Source of the DNA: Camelus ferus
Taxonomy: Eukaryota
Direction of reading: 5' to 3'
Assembly: GCF_009834535.1 (NCBI RefSeq)
Contig: NC_045696.1
Coordinates: forward strand, 33,544,001 to 33,608,000
Length of the DNA stretch: 64,000 nt
A program made the position numbers and the translations under genes. Positions 52,461-64,000 of the stretch are shown here, piece after piece (position 1 is the stretch's first letter; each line of letters begins with the position of its first letter). The notes under the pieces are model-generated. The model ran no database searches. It saw nothing but the letters and a program-made list of their open reading frames with translations, and was not told the DNA's origin.

Positions 52461-55400
52461 TATGCTAAGGATGATTTTTTTCCACTAACATTAAAATATG
52501 ATACTGTATACATTATAAGTCCCTACATTTTAAATACATATATACAAAATTAAGCAGAGGGAAGTTTCAAGCAAATAAAAAATTTCTGAATATTATTGTT
52601 ACAATGCTCAGATTAAATCTTCAGTATTGCTGATTCTTTAACAAGTCTGGGTGATCCAGAAAGAAAATCTTATCCTTTGTAAATAGACAAAGAATCTTGG
52701 AAACCATTATAGTCCAGTGTCTTTATTTTACCAAAGAAGCATCTAAGGATAAGTTAAAAAGTGGATGTGGTCACCCTTGCATCCTGAACTTCTGAAAAGT
52801 GGTATTTAAAGCCATGCCCACTTTAATAAAAAGATGTAAACGTTTCTAAGAAGTGGGACGCTTAAAAGAGGCACACCTCCTTTAGCCAACTTCCCAGCCT
52901 AATCTCTCAAGGTGAAACCAGCTCAGTGACCCATACAGTTCTCAGTCGAGCACTGCTACAGCATCTTAGGGCAAATTTTGTCTTTACAGAGAAAAACAAT
53001 TGCTCTGTCTTCCATTTCATTCTAATTGGAATAAATGAAGCCCAAACAGAACTTTCACACCTAAGTCTTACTCTCAATGACTAATGTAATCAAAACCTCT
53101 TTAGGTGCTGACACCATTCCCCTAACTGTGGTGTTCTGAATTATTGTAAATATTCCTTTAAATGTTTTATTCTCATGACCTACTAATCTCAGCTAAGATA
53201 ATCAATTCCTTTAAACACATTTGAACATAAAATAGTAGATATTATGTGACGTAATCAGACTATTCATGAAGCAACAATGACTCTAGATTGGAGCCTATGG
53301 GACATGACAGATGTGTCCTACAGGTGTATTTTTAGGTCTTACTTACTTTTGAGAGAATGTCATCTGGGATTGAAAAGAGATCTTTTGTGAAATTTGAAGC
53401 TTATCACTATTTGGTTTTCTTCTTGTCTTGAAGTTGCCACGCTGTCACAGAGAGAATAAAATTAGTTGGACTCAATTTATTCTTCATACCACCTGGCTAT
53501 TTATATTATCTTAGTGTTCACCATTTCTCCAGGTAAAATCAAATTGATTATTGAGTGAGTCTTCCTAAGATCTTCCAAGGAATCAAAGTTAAACCTTCTA
53601 GTCTGGAATCACATATTCTCTTTTATTATTTGTTAAAGAGACAATTTGCATATGCTACTTTTCTGTTTGTAATGAATTTTGTCTTTCCTCTTGAGGATTG
53701 TAATGAACCAAAATTCTGACTCTAGGAATCTTAACTTTGATTGTTTCCATTTTACCCATGCTCTCTTTCTACTAACTCCTACTTCTTTCCTCCTAAATTG
53801 TATTTGGAAATTAACCTGGTAACTTGCTCTCGGAGTCCATCACTGATAATAGCACCTTTCCTTTTATATTTCTCATGTGAAAGGGAAAAAATGAGAGTTT
53901 GAGAGGGAATCACATAATACAGTCCAAGTTTTCTTATTACTGTGCTTCCTTCTCTCTCTCTCCCAGCATTAATTCACTTTCGCATGACCATCATTCCATC
54001 CTCCATCTCCAGTCTCTTGAGATCAGTGCGGGTTCTACTAATAGACTGGCAGCTGGAGGAGCCAGGAGACAGATATCAGATTGTCATTCTGCACAAAAGC
54101 TTGAGTTTACCAAGGGTAGAAATCTTTCCAAATATGTCTGAAGTATGAAAAATGTGGCTCATTCATGCTTGAATAACTGAAAGGTAGCCAAACTACTTCT
54201 ATCAAACTTAAAAAAAAAATTACACTGAGAATAGCATGATAAATTTTAACTCAGAAGTTAATTCATTCAAAAGGTTATAGATCACCTGAAATCAGGGAAT
54301 TTAAATAGCAAATGCCTCTCAAACATTTGGAGTATTATTGCAAGAAACGTGAAACTGATAAGGAAACATATGAGAAAGCCAGGTTATATCCAGTTAATTA
54401 TAAATTCTGTTCAGATAAATGGATAAATGGAAATAAAATTCTTCTTATCTCTTTGTACCTGCATAAGACTCTCATTCCTGCAAAAGAGCATTTTGAAATA
54501 TGTCACCTGTGCAAATGTCCTTTCCAACTCCCTCCATGGGAACAGTATATTTCTTAGGTGACAAAGATGAAAATATTTTAAGACCCTGTGATACGTTTTT
54601 AAAAATACTTTTTTTGGTCTTATTTTGATACATTTTGAGGAAGATGGGGTATTTCATATTTGTTGTAAACATTTTCACATTTCCATGCTCAGTTACCACT
54701 CTGGAAGACATAAGAGTTTCTGGTTGTGCTAAGAATTCAAATTTTCAAAAGATTATAAAATTGGTATAGTATAAGTTCACAGAGAAGTCACATCTTTATC
54801 TGACACCCAGAACAAATACACAGAAGTACTGATACATCCACTGATTGTGGAAAATAGGTTTTGTTCTGCAACTTGTGATATATTCCTTCCTGTGTTCACA
54901 TATGCTGAAACAATATGCATAGTGAGCTGGATGGAAAATAAAAATCAATTTAACATTGCAAATAGGTGCCAAATAAATGGCTCGTGCTGAAAAAATGAAG
55001 TGAATTTCCAGACCTCAGATCTGAGGTTAGGTACTTATGCAGCAGAAGTGGGGTCTTGGGAAAAACCCAACTGCAAAGGTTGTATTATTGTTCTTTCACC
55101 TCTTATTTCCTTCTGATTACAAAATAGATTCCAACTGATAGTGCAAACACATGCCTGAAGTCATAGTTGTGTATTTTGATATACTGTCCAAAATTTGTGG
55201 TGAAATTATTTTGAACGTAAAAGAATGAGTAGGAAACATAGACACCACTATTAAACTTGTTTATGCCTCAGGCTTAGTTTGATGACTGGACCATGTGTGA
55301 CGACTCATGAGTCTTGTAAATATTGTCACCTCCACCTCATAAATGCCATCTCCTTGTCCTCCAAGAAAAAATGTATTGTAATGATCCTCATTGTTAACCA

Positions 55401-55839
55401 GTTACAATGGCTAAAACATTAAAGTAATAAAATATGAGGGCTAAAGTTAGGAAAATAGCCCTATAATTGAGATCTTTTTCTTTTTTTTCCATTTGAGATA
55501 TATCAGAATTTTTCCTTTAAAAGGAAGAAAAGTTCAGCATGTCTTGCCTTTGTCTGTGTGTTATTTCACTTTAATAAGTGAGTCCTAGCACTTCCTAGAG
55601 AAACCCCACGTCTCAGAGCAGCAGCACGACCGGTACAGACCTCAAGGTGTTAAGATTTACAGTAACTTTTGGACAAAGTGTAATAAAATGCTAATGAATG
55701 TTATCTTCCTAATTAAAATTAAAATTTATAAGCAGAACACCTTGCTACATTAAGAAAATTCAGATATAAATTTATAAACTGCTTTTTTTTTAGCTTTCCC
55801 ATTTTTATTTCTACTATGGGACACTGACATTTGGAAGAT

Positions 55840-56230
55840 TTTTTTGCTACTGTGCTGACTGATAAATGTACCATAAATGTGGTAACAATGTTGTCTGAAT
55901 TTATATTTTTCTATATTCTCTGGAGCTATAACTACTGTTAAATAATCACATACTTATTGTTAATGTAATGATTAATACATACTTAATATTATAAATAATA
56001 CTGAACATATATATACATAACTCCCACCATGAATTACTGACTATAGTTTAAGGAAAAAAATCCCAGAAGAATTACTGAATTAAAATGTGTTAATAATGTC
56101 TCAAAAACTTGTACTAATTACCCTGTATCAGCTATGTTCCCTGTGATCCTCATCACAAGGCACTCTCACTTCTTCAAGATATTAATTTTAAAATGGATTG
56201 GGGAAATGGTAATACATTGTGTTTAGAATG
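55840..56230 (-). mobile_element. Very old L1 (L1ME-type) fragment
   Basis: cccagaagaattactgaattaaa, tgtactaattac and gggaaatggtaatacattgtgttt resemble antisense ORF2 end. Confidence 0.45.
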
Positions 56231-56499
56231 TTGTTCAAAGAGAAATCTAATGTCACTTGAAAACAAACAAAATGACAACAAAACCTAGAAATACTGTAAC
56301 CACTTTAATTTCTTTAAAGAAAAATTTAAACAAACTATTTATTAATTTTCTTTAATTTCTTAATTTCCACTTTAATATCTGCCTTAAAAAGAAAAGTTTC
56401 TAACATAATAAATCAGTAAATCCTGTATCACAGGTTAATAAAAGTTACTGACTACGTAGCTTAAGGAGTTACAGAATTATACTTTTTAATATCCTATTT

Positions 56500-56932
56500 T
56501 TGGTAACTGTGAGTTTTTGTTTTATTTTATTTATTCATTTGTTTTATTTTTTAAATTCCATATGTAAGTGAAAATATACAGTGTCTTTCTCTGTCTGACT
56601 TATTGCGCTAAATATAATCCCTTCCAGGTCTATATCTGTGTTGCTGCAAATGGCAAAATGTCTTTTTTGTGGGTAATATTCCATCATATATGTATGTGTG
56701 AGCGTGTATTTGTGTCTATGTATGTACACACACACACATACACATATATCATATTTCTTTTATCCACTCATCTCCTGATGGACACTTATGTTGCTTCCAT
56801 ATCATGCTTATTGCAAATAATGCTGCTATGAACATTGGGATGCTTATCTTTTCGAGTTAGTGTTTTTGTTTTCTTCAAATGTACACCAAAAACTAATATG
56901 GTATTGTGAGTCAACTGTACTTCAATTAAAAA
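56500..56932. mobile_element. L1 with inverted structure: antisense 56500-56880 joined to a sense 3' terminus 56880-56932
   Basis: Antisense ORF2 end (gttgctgcaaatggcaaaat, aataatgctgctatgaacattggg) abuts sense tgtacaccaaaaactaatatggtattgtgagtcaactgtacttcaattaaaaa. Confidence 0.8.
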
Positions 56933-57149
56933 ATTTTTGTGGTTTACCTGTTCATTTATGTATTCAACTATAACATATTGAGTAATTTCTATGCCCTAAA
57001 AGTTAAGACCTTACATGCAATGGTCCCATGGTTTATATCAGAGGAATCTGTATGTCTCTAAAAGTAAAATTCAAAGAATGCTGAACTGACTTAAATGAGA
57101 CATCTGCCTCTACTTACATATTCATGTCATAAAACTTGCCAAATGTTAG

Positions 57150-57335
57150 AACTAAAGGAACTGATGGGCCCTTGCTATCATCTCGTAATTTGTTTTTATA
57201 TAAAAGGAAGGTGGGCCCTTGGGAAGTGAAACGGCACGTGCAAAGCGGCACATGCAAAGTTGCACTGCACGTTGCAGAAAGCTGGACAAGAACCATGACA
57301 CTCTAATTTTTGATCCAATGTCCTTTCTGTTACTA
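57150..57335 (-). mobile_element. MIR3/MIRc-like SINE with internal 14-bp tandem duplication
   Basis: Co-linear with MIR (gggcccttgctatcatct...gctggacaagaacc...tccaatgtcctttc); cggcacgtgcaaag/cggcacatgcaaag at 57232-57259. Confidence 0.55.
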
Positions 57336-57497
57336 GGCTACCAGTGCAGCAGCAACAAGCTCACTTTTCCTGTGGGTAATCCAGGATATTTTGCTATAGT
57401 GAAACATCACCTTATATGATGTATGAAAAGATGCCTCTGTAACTAACTGGCCCTGCGACCATGGCTTTGCAGGTATTCCTGCACTGTGCTTGTTTCA

Positions 57498-57511
57498 CCA
57501 ATAGATGGCAC
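57498..57511 (+). promoter_or_regulatory. Weaker candidate CTCF site
   Basis: CCAATAGATGGCAC, one mismatch to the core consensus. Confidence 0.35.
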
Positions 57512-58439
57512 ACTTACTGCTCATAGTTTTAAGACTTAACCATCTGGTTGCCTCCAGAAAGGCTCCATTTATAAGGACTTTGAGAATATGCTATTCTTTT
57601 TAAACAAGCTGTGCTTTATAAAAGGACTATGTAATTTTCTTCATTGGTCATTCAAAAAAAAATCAATTGCCTGTCAATGATTTTAGCAATATGTCATAAG
57701 TCAACCAATATTTATCACAATCAGGCAGTGAAATTTCCTTCCAAATATACTCTCAAGTCTTCTATATTTCTTTAGAGAGAGGATGCCATATAACGGCTTA
57801 TTCAATCTAGTTCTGCATATTTGATTCTTCGCCATATATCTTTTCATACAACTCCTATTTTATCTCTGGTCCTACCTTTACGCTATTCTGCCATTCATTT
57901 TTAGATCAAAGAATAAACTGTTAATTAAGTGATTAGAATTTACCCCTCAATGTCAGATGTGTTCTAATCAGCTTTCTCAACTTCCCTGATAACTAAATCG
58001 ATTGTATTGTATAGCTATTTCTTAACTTACTGTCCACTTTTTAAAAGCATCCTTTTAGGAGAACTTTGTACTCTAGACTAAAATTCTTTTAATTTTTAAA
58101 ACTCTACTGTTTTAAATTTTGTTATGAATTTAGAAAACAAAATTTTCAAGTAACATGCAATTCCTAGATTATTTCTGAGAAATACTCTAATTTTGTTCAA
58201 TAGAACAAAGCAATTGGAATGATCTTGAAATTTAAATAGGTGCCAGTAATTTTCAGGTTTGATCAGAAACATTCTTTCAGGTATTCTGATATTACAAAGT
58301 CACTCCACATAAACAGCTCATTTGTACTATTTAGTGGTAGGAGAAACAGAATTTATTCATCTCTAAAAAACTAAGTCATTTCTTTCCGGAAAGACAAAAA
58401 AAGGCAGTGCTTTATTAAAATATAAAGAATCTCTCACCC

Positions 58440-60716
58440 TTTATTTAGCATTTTGAGTGAAAACGCATAGCAACTCTCCTCAGTCATGATCATCTTTAGT
58501 TCCTGGCTCACTGATTTCTCCTTTGCTGCTCTAGTTAGCATTCTTGGGAATTCAACATTGATTCACTGAAAATACTTGATCTCTTCCACTTCTAAGGTTA
58601 TTCCTTCCTAAATCTTGTCTTCATCTCTGTCAATCCCACTTCAAAAATCTGCATTTTCAGTATTTCCTTTCACAAGCACATTCTTTTCTGTTCACTTACC
58701 GAAGTAACTGCACTCCAGCTAAGTTGCAAACTTTTGTAGACCTCTAATACTTGACTTTTTTTTACTCTTCAAATCCATTTTTTCTTTACCTTCCTTCACA
58801 CTCCTTTTCTCACTGTTCTCCTTACCCAACTGAGATTCTTTAGATTCCTTGGATAACTCTGCAGCATTATGACCCATGCCTAACTAATGCCCTTGGCCGC
58901 CTTTCCTTCTGACCTACTTGCTGGCGAACCCCCAACTATAGTTAAATCCAGCCATTCACCGACACCAGTCTCCTCAGCAGCTGGGTATGGCTGGAGGAAA
59001 AAAAAATCCCTCCACTCTGTGGACTGATCTCACTTTAAATTTATGTTTCCAGATCTCAAACGGGCACCAAGCACAGATGATTCCCCTACACTTCTCCAGG
59101 CCGTTAAGTTCCTATTCCATACCTTTTCTTCTCTCTCCAAACACTTACACCACTCTCTCTGAGTCTACACAAAAGATACTACTTCAAATGTCATTGAAAA
59201 TAATTTGTTACCATAAGAATCAATCTTACCTTCCTGTAACCAAATCCACTCATTTCTCTGTGTCTGTATTCAGATAGTCAGTCTCTTTCCTCCAGTTACA
59301 AAGAAAGAGACATTTTTGCTGTTACCTAAGACCAATTTTTTTCTTAGTCTGAAGATCCCCACTCACTCTCACTCATCTGCGGGCTTTGCTTTTCAGTTAT
59401 TGCAGAGACAATTAGTCCCTTTCTCTCTGCATCATCCAGTTTTTCTCACTCCTAAATTGCTTCCAACAGCAAAACAAACACCAACCAAAAAGCGTTAATG
59501 TCACTCCATCTTAAGAAAAAAAGATACCACATTTCCCACCAGCCACATCAGCTAATATTCATTTTCTTTGCTCTCTTAATAACACCTCAGAACATTTTTC
59601 CTTACTTATTGGACTTCTCTCCCACCTAGAGTCTTCTCCTTAACCCATCCCAAATGGGTCTCAATACCTTCTTCATTTCACTGAAATTGTTCCTTAATGT
59701 CTCTAGTGATCTCCGTGTTGCAATATCTAATCTTAATAAACCCTTTACACAGTTGATAGACCTCCTTGATAGACCATTTCTCTTAGCTCCTGTGACACCG
59801 TATTCCTCTAATTATCTTTTTAACTCACTGGCTACTCCTTAGGTATCTTTGCTGGTTTTAAATGCTGGATTTCTCCAGGTTTCTATTAAGCTCCTTTGTT
59901 GTTTTTTTTCTTATTAATCTACAAGTTCTCCTTATATCATCTTTTGGACTCATGTCTTCAAATATGCTTGCATCTTATCTCTATCTACTCTTTTTATTTT
60001 TAATCATCTCCCCTCTACAAGACAAAGACAACACTCTCTTGATCGTCACCTTTGAAGGACTCGCCCTCGTGTCTTCCACTTTCCCCACACTTTCAATCCA
60101 ACACATCATCATTTACATTAGCATTACCTCCAACAGAGACCTTGAATCTTTTCAGTCTCCAACATTTTTACAGCTAAAACGCTAATCCAAGTCATCATTG
60201 CTCATCTGGTTTAAAAGCTGAAACAAGCTTTTTAAAGTTTAAAACATCATTTCATCCCCTAGCTCAAAATTCCCCCAGTTTTCCCCACTAAAAGTAAAAC
60301 ACTATAAAAGCTGCATCCTGCTTACCTCTTCAATTTCAATTTCTAATACTTCTCTCCATTTTCATTATGCTTAAGCCACAATGATCTTTCTAACTTCACT
60401 TGTATATGCCAAAACCATCCCTAGAAGCGAAGCTCTCCATTCTTCCTGGAAGATTTTTCTTCAATATCTCAAATGTCTTCTTACCACATAGGTTTAACTT
60501 AAATGTCTTCAGACTACTTCACAACTATGATATCTAAATTACCCCCCATGAAGTTTCTATTTCTGCCTCAAATATATTTCTTCATATGCTTTTTGACTTC
60601 CTCCCCAGTGGAGTGTAAGCTTTGTGAGGACAGGAACTTAGTCTTTTTCATCGATACATCCAGAATGCCTAGACCAATCCTGTCTATATGATAGGCCTTC
60701 AAAAATTATAGGTGAA
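58440..60716 (+). mobile_element. Long degenerate LINE-2 (ORF2 remnant through 3' end)
   Basis: attcttgggaattcaacatt resembles the endonuclease ILGDFNI motif; tggctggaggaaaa; gtgatctccgtgttgcaatatctaat; terminus gagtgtaagctttgtgaggacaggaac...aatgcctagac. Confidence 0.8.
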
Positions 60717-60843
60717 AACTCAGAGGTAAGCTTTGAACTCTAATGTTCCATCATGCAAATTATTTTTTATTAAAATCCTGAATAGTAGACACTTGGTCTC
60801 ACAGAAATTACATTTCTCTTAATTTTTTTTTTTTTATAGATGT

Positions 60844-61231
60844 TGTGTTAGTTTTCTAGGGCCACCATAACAAATTGTCTCACAGGGGGAGTTTCAACCA
60901 ACAAAAATTTATATTCTCACAGTTCCAGATGCTAGATCATTATCAAGCATCCACAGGTTTGGTTTCTTCTGAGGCCACTCTCCTTGGCTTTTCCATGACC
61001 ACCTTCCCTTTGTGTGTTCACATAGACTTTCCTCTATATGTGTCTGTGCCTAAATTTCATCTTTTTATAAGGATACCAGTCACACTGGATTAGGGCCCAC
61101 CCAAATGGCCTCATTTTAACCTAATTATCTCTTTAAAGATCCTATCTCCAAATACAGTCACATTTTGAGGTACTGCGAGATTGGACTTCAATATCCAAAT
61201 TTGGTTGGGGACACAATTCAACCCCATAACA
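60844..61231 (-). mobile_element. MaLR solo LTR, MLT1A-type
   Basis: tgtgttagttttctagggccaccataacaaa ... ggggacacaattcaaccccataaca; reverse-complement homolog of the 5470 and 10646 copies. Confidence 0.93.
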
Positions 61232-61299
61232 GATACTTATTGAGGAAATTCATATCTGCAGTTTAATCTAGTTTCCTCAACTTTTCAAACTTGTAGAAG

Positions 61300-61445
61300 T
61301 TACCTAACCACATAAATCTTGGTTTCCTCCACACTAAGATAGTTAACAGTAATAAAACCACCTTAAAGGATTTTTATGAGAATTAAAGGAAAAAAATTAA
61401 CAACTCAAATATTTGCTTGTCACATACATGGTAGGTGACCTCATT
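61300..61445 (+). mobile_element. MIR fragment
   Basis: aagttacctaaccac...tcttggtttcctccacactaagat...aggatttttatgagaattaaa. Confidence 0.65.
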
Positions 61446-61864
61446 TTACACTATAAATCAGTACCGTTCCCATTTCCTCATCTTTTTTCTTATTCTTTTT
61501 TTTTTTTTCTATTGTAGGGTGTGTGTGTTTCCTTTTTCTTTCCATTATCTCCCCAATAATTTAGGTTTAAACTCTCTCCATATGAAGAATGAAGGTAGAG
61601 TAAGTAAATAATTACACAGAGCGTTTGCTCAATGTGCAACCACTCCGTCGTGAATACCAGGAGTCCTGCTCACATGCTGTAAAAATCCTTCTAGGCCACA
61701 GTGTTCTCTGTTGACAAGTAGAGCTGAGGCCTGTTTTGAATTGGCAGTCATGCTGGAGCAAAAGTGAATTGTCACTGAGTACCTCCTATGTTTTCTTGAA
61801 TCTGATGGATGTTAGAAATGTACAAAAATACGTTCTCTGACCCTAAAGAGTAAATACTCCATCC

Positions 61865-62197
61865 CAGGGGTGGGGAAGCTTTTCTGTAAATGGCCAGGGA
61901 GTGCATATTTGAGACCCCCGTGGGTAGTCCTGTCTCTGTTGCAGCTACGCAGCTCGGCAGCTGCAGTGTAAAAGGGGTCATCAGCAATATAGAAGTCAAC
62001 GAGTGTGGCTGTGCTCAAAGGCACATTTATTTATGCAGATTAAAATTTGTATTTTGTATCATTTTTACGTGCCACAATATATTATTCTTCTTCTGATTGT
62101 TTTCAATGCCTTGAAAAATCATTTTGTAGTTTGTCGGTCTGCCAGAGGCAGACAGCAGGCCTCATTTGGCCTGCCATCGATAGCTTGTCAATCCCTG
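61865..62197 (+). mobile_element. MER58B-like hAT-Charlie MITE, near full length
   Basis: Terminal inverted repeats caggggtgggga ... tgtcaatccctg; internal ttttctgtaaatggccag, gtctctgttgcagctac, gagtgtggctgtg. Confidence 0.88.
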
Positions 62198-64000
62198 ACC
62201 TAGTTTAAAAAATGAGAAAATACTTCAGAAATATTTGGGACTAATACATGAAATCGTGTGGTATGTTTTATGGCAGAGTCTTTTTGATTTCAGTGATGCA
62301 TGTGAATATTAATTTTCTTGTAAGAGTGTCCCTTAGAAGATAACTGTCATTAGTTATGACTAGTATCTAGACCTTTATTCCTACGTTCACATCAGGCCAG
62401 ACTTTCACTCCCAGCTTAGATAATTGGGTTTACTGCATGCGATGGGAACCTGGAAAATGGCAATTCTCAGAGTCAATTCCTTTCTGGCAATCATTCAAGA
62501 ATCCCAAGTGTAAGCCGTTTTTTGTTCCTTGGGGGAGCAACTGAGTATTCAAATGTAGAGAGTAAGAGGAGTGAATGAAGTACAGTTCTCATTGCTGAAA
62601 AAGTGAATCTCCAAAACCATGGTCCACCTGATGGCTGAGGTGTCAGTAAATCTCCATGGGTAACTGTAGTTGTGAAAGCTGTCACTAACATCCTGAGATC
62701 CTGTCCTACTTTCAGGCATCTGGCTGCCAAAGTGCCATGATGCTGGGATTGAGGCACACGGCCTCCTCGTAAGTAGTATGGACGCGTAGACATGCTTATG
62801 AAGTCATGAAAGGAAGCAATTCTATCAGATTGGGATCATGTCTAGTGGAAAGGGTACTTGGGTAAAAGGAATGTTCCATTGGTGGATTTATGAAATAATT
62901 TAGAGAGTTCACAAATCTCTTCTAGTTTAGAGCCCCAAAATTGCTTAAAAAAGAGCTGGTAGAGCAAGATGTGTTTGTCTTTTATAAGTGGAATGTGGCA
63001 CCTGTTCATGGTTATGAACTTAAAGGTTACTCAGTACAGTGTGAGAAGTATTTGATGGTAATGAAAATATCAGTTTTAAACTTCTAGCACCTAAGAAGCA
63101 CTAATTCATTCTCTAGACTGGGAAGTCTCTCAGTTTTCCATTTCCTATGAAATGAATCAACTCATTACTCTGATTTATAATATGATACTAACATTGCATC
63201 AAATCTGTAATCTTTAACTGTAGACTACAATTCTAGAGTTTAAAAATCAGTTCAGTACATAAATGAAAGTTCGAAGTTGTACATATGTTATAGGAACAGT
63301 CACTGAACCTGAGTGGGTAAACTCTTAACTCATGTTTATCCTCTCATGCGATGTAATAAATAATGTCATTTAATATTTGGTCTTTTTAACAAATTTCTGT
63401 ACTTAAAAAAATGATGTTATACTTAATTTTTTAAAGAAACTCAAATCCATTTTGGAAGCAAGAGGCATATAATATCATTAAGAACATAAATTTAATTTTG
63501 TACTTCTCTAACATGGATCTATGATGCTAGATAGAATTATAAGGGAAATGACATATGTCCTATAGCAACAGCAAAGCAATCCTGACAAAAAACAAAGTCA
63601 AAATGCAGAAGGATTTCCTGTTTAACAAGTTCGCAAGCAACACCCCTTTTCTACCCAAATGTCTTGTATTTGAATATAATTTTATTTTCATTCCCTTACT
63701 GTAATCTCCTTTGCACACAGCAGAATGGCTAATGCCATCACTCGGTTTTACATTTGTTTTGCTTCCCACTGTTGAATGAACAATCAGTGTTTACAGATTA
63801 GCAGCAGTTGTAGGCTTCTGACTTTTACTCCTTTCAAACTGGCGAATGAGAATCATTTTATATTTGTTGCTCTGGCATTTTTGGAGTAGCGAGGACATTC
63901 ACAGTGCAATCCACTGTTATTCATACTGTTATAATTCCTTTGCAGTTAAGTCATTACTAGCAATCATAGCAGGCCTGTAGTACAATACCTTATTTGGGAA

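Noticed and set aside
55012..55027. 16-bp palindrome acctcagatctgaggt, plus 12-bp gactcatgagtc at 55302
   Set aside because: Lengths expected by chance in a window this size
59862..60185. Hydrophobic 107-aa ORF resembling a membrane protein
   Set aside because: Inside a pyrimidine-rich degenerate L2; T-rich codons give spurious F/L/S peptides
62491..62793. 100-aa minus-strand ORF
   Set aside because: No recognisable domain, promoter context or splice structure; length is near the random tail
1..64000. CRISPR arrays, tRNA/rRNA genes, NUMT, processed pseudogene, CpG island
   Set aside because: No regularly spaced repeats, cloverleaf or rRNA motifs, mitochondrial-like ORFs, poly(A)-tailed non-TE ORFs or CpG-dense region seen by eye; short diverged examples could have been missed

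Overview
AT-rich, CpG-poor eutherian mammal genomic DNA (intergenic or deep intronic). I find no credible protein-coding gene, RNA gene or CRISPR array. The supplied ORFs are L1 ORF2 remnants, LTR/L2 debris, microsatellite translations or chance ORFs. The window is mostly decayed transposable elements: ancient L2 and MIR, L1MB/MC/ME-type LINEs, MLT1A-type MaLR LTRs, a MER21-like LTR, and hAT MITEs (MER5, MER20/117, MER58). It also holds several younger artiodactyl-type L1 3' ends with target-site duplications (TSDs). Their 3' UTRs, plus the absence of ruminant, pig, primate, rodent or carnivore SINEs, suggest a camelid (inference). Most notable: (1) a perfect 37-bp inverted repeat with a 6-nt loop at 36585-36664 in non-repeat DNA; (2) a MER41-like ERV1 solo LTR with three TTCNNNGAA STAT/GAS motifs; (3) a class III ERV relic with LTR, tRNA-Ser primer-binding site (PBS) and readable RT motifs; (4) a 5'-inverted L1; (5) strong CTCF motifs and a well-signalled 53-nt candidate exon. 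I found no evidence for a novel multi-gene system. Repeat family names come from recalled consensus sequences, not a RepeatMasker/Dfam run, and boundaries of old elements are approximate.
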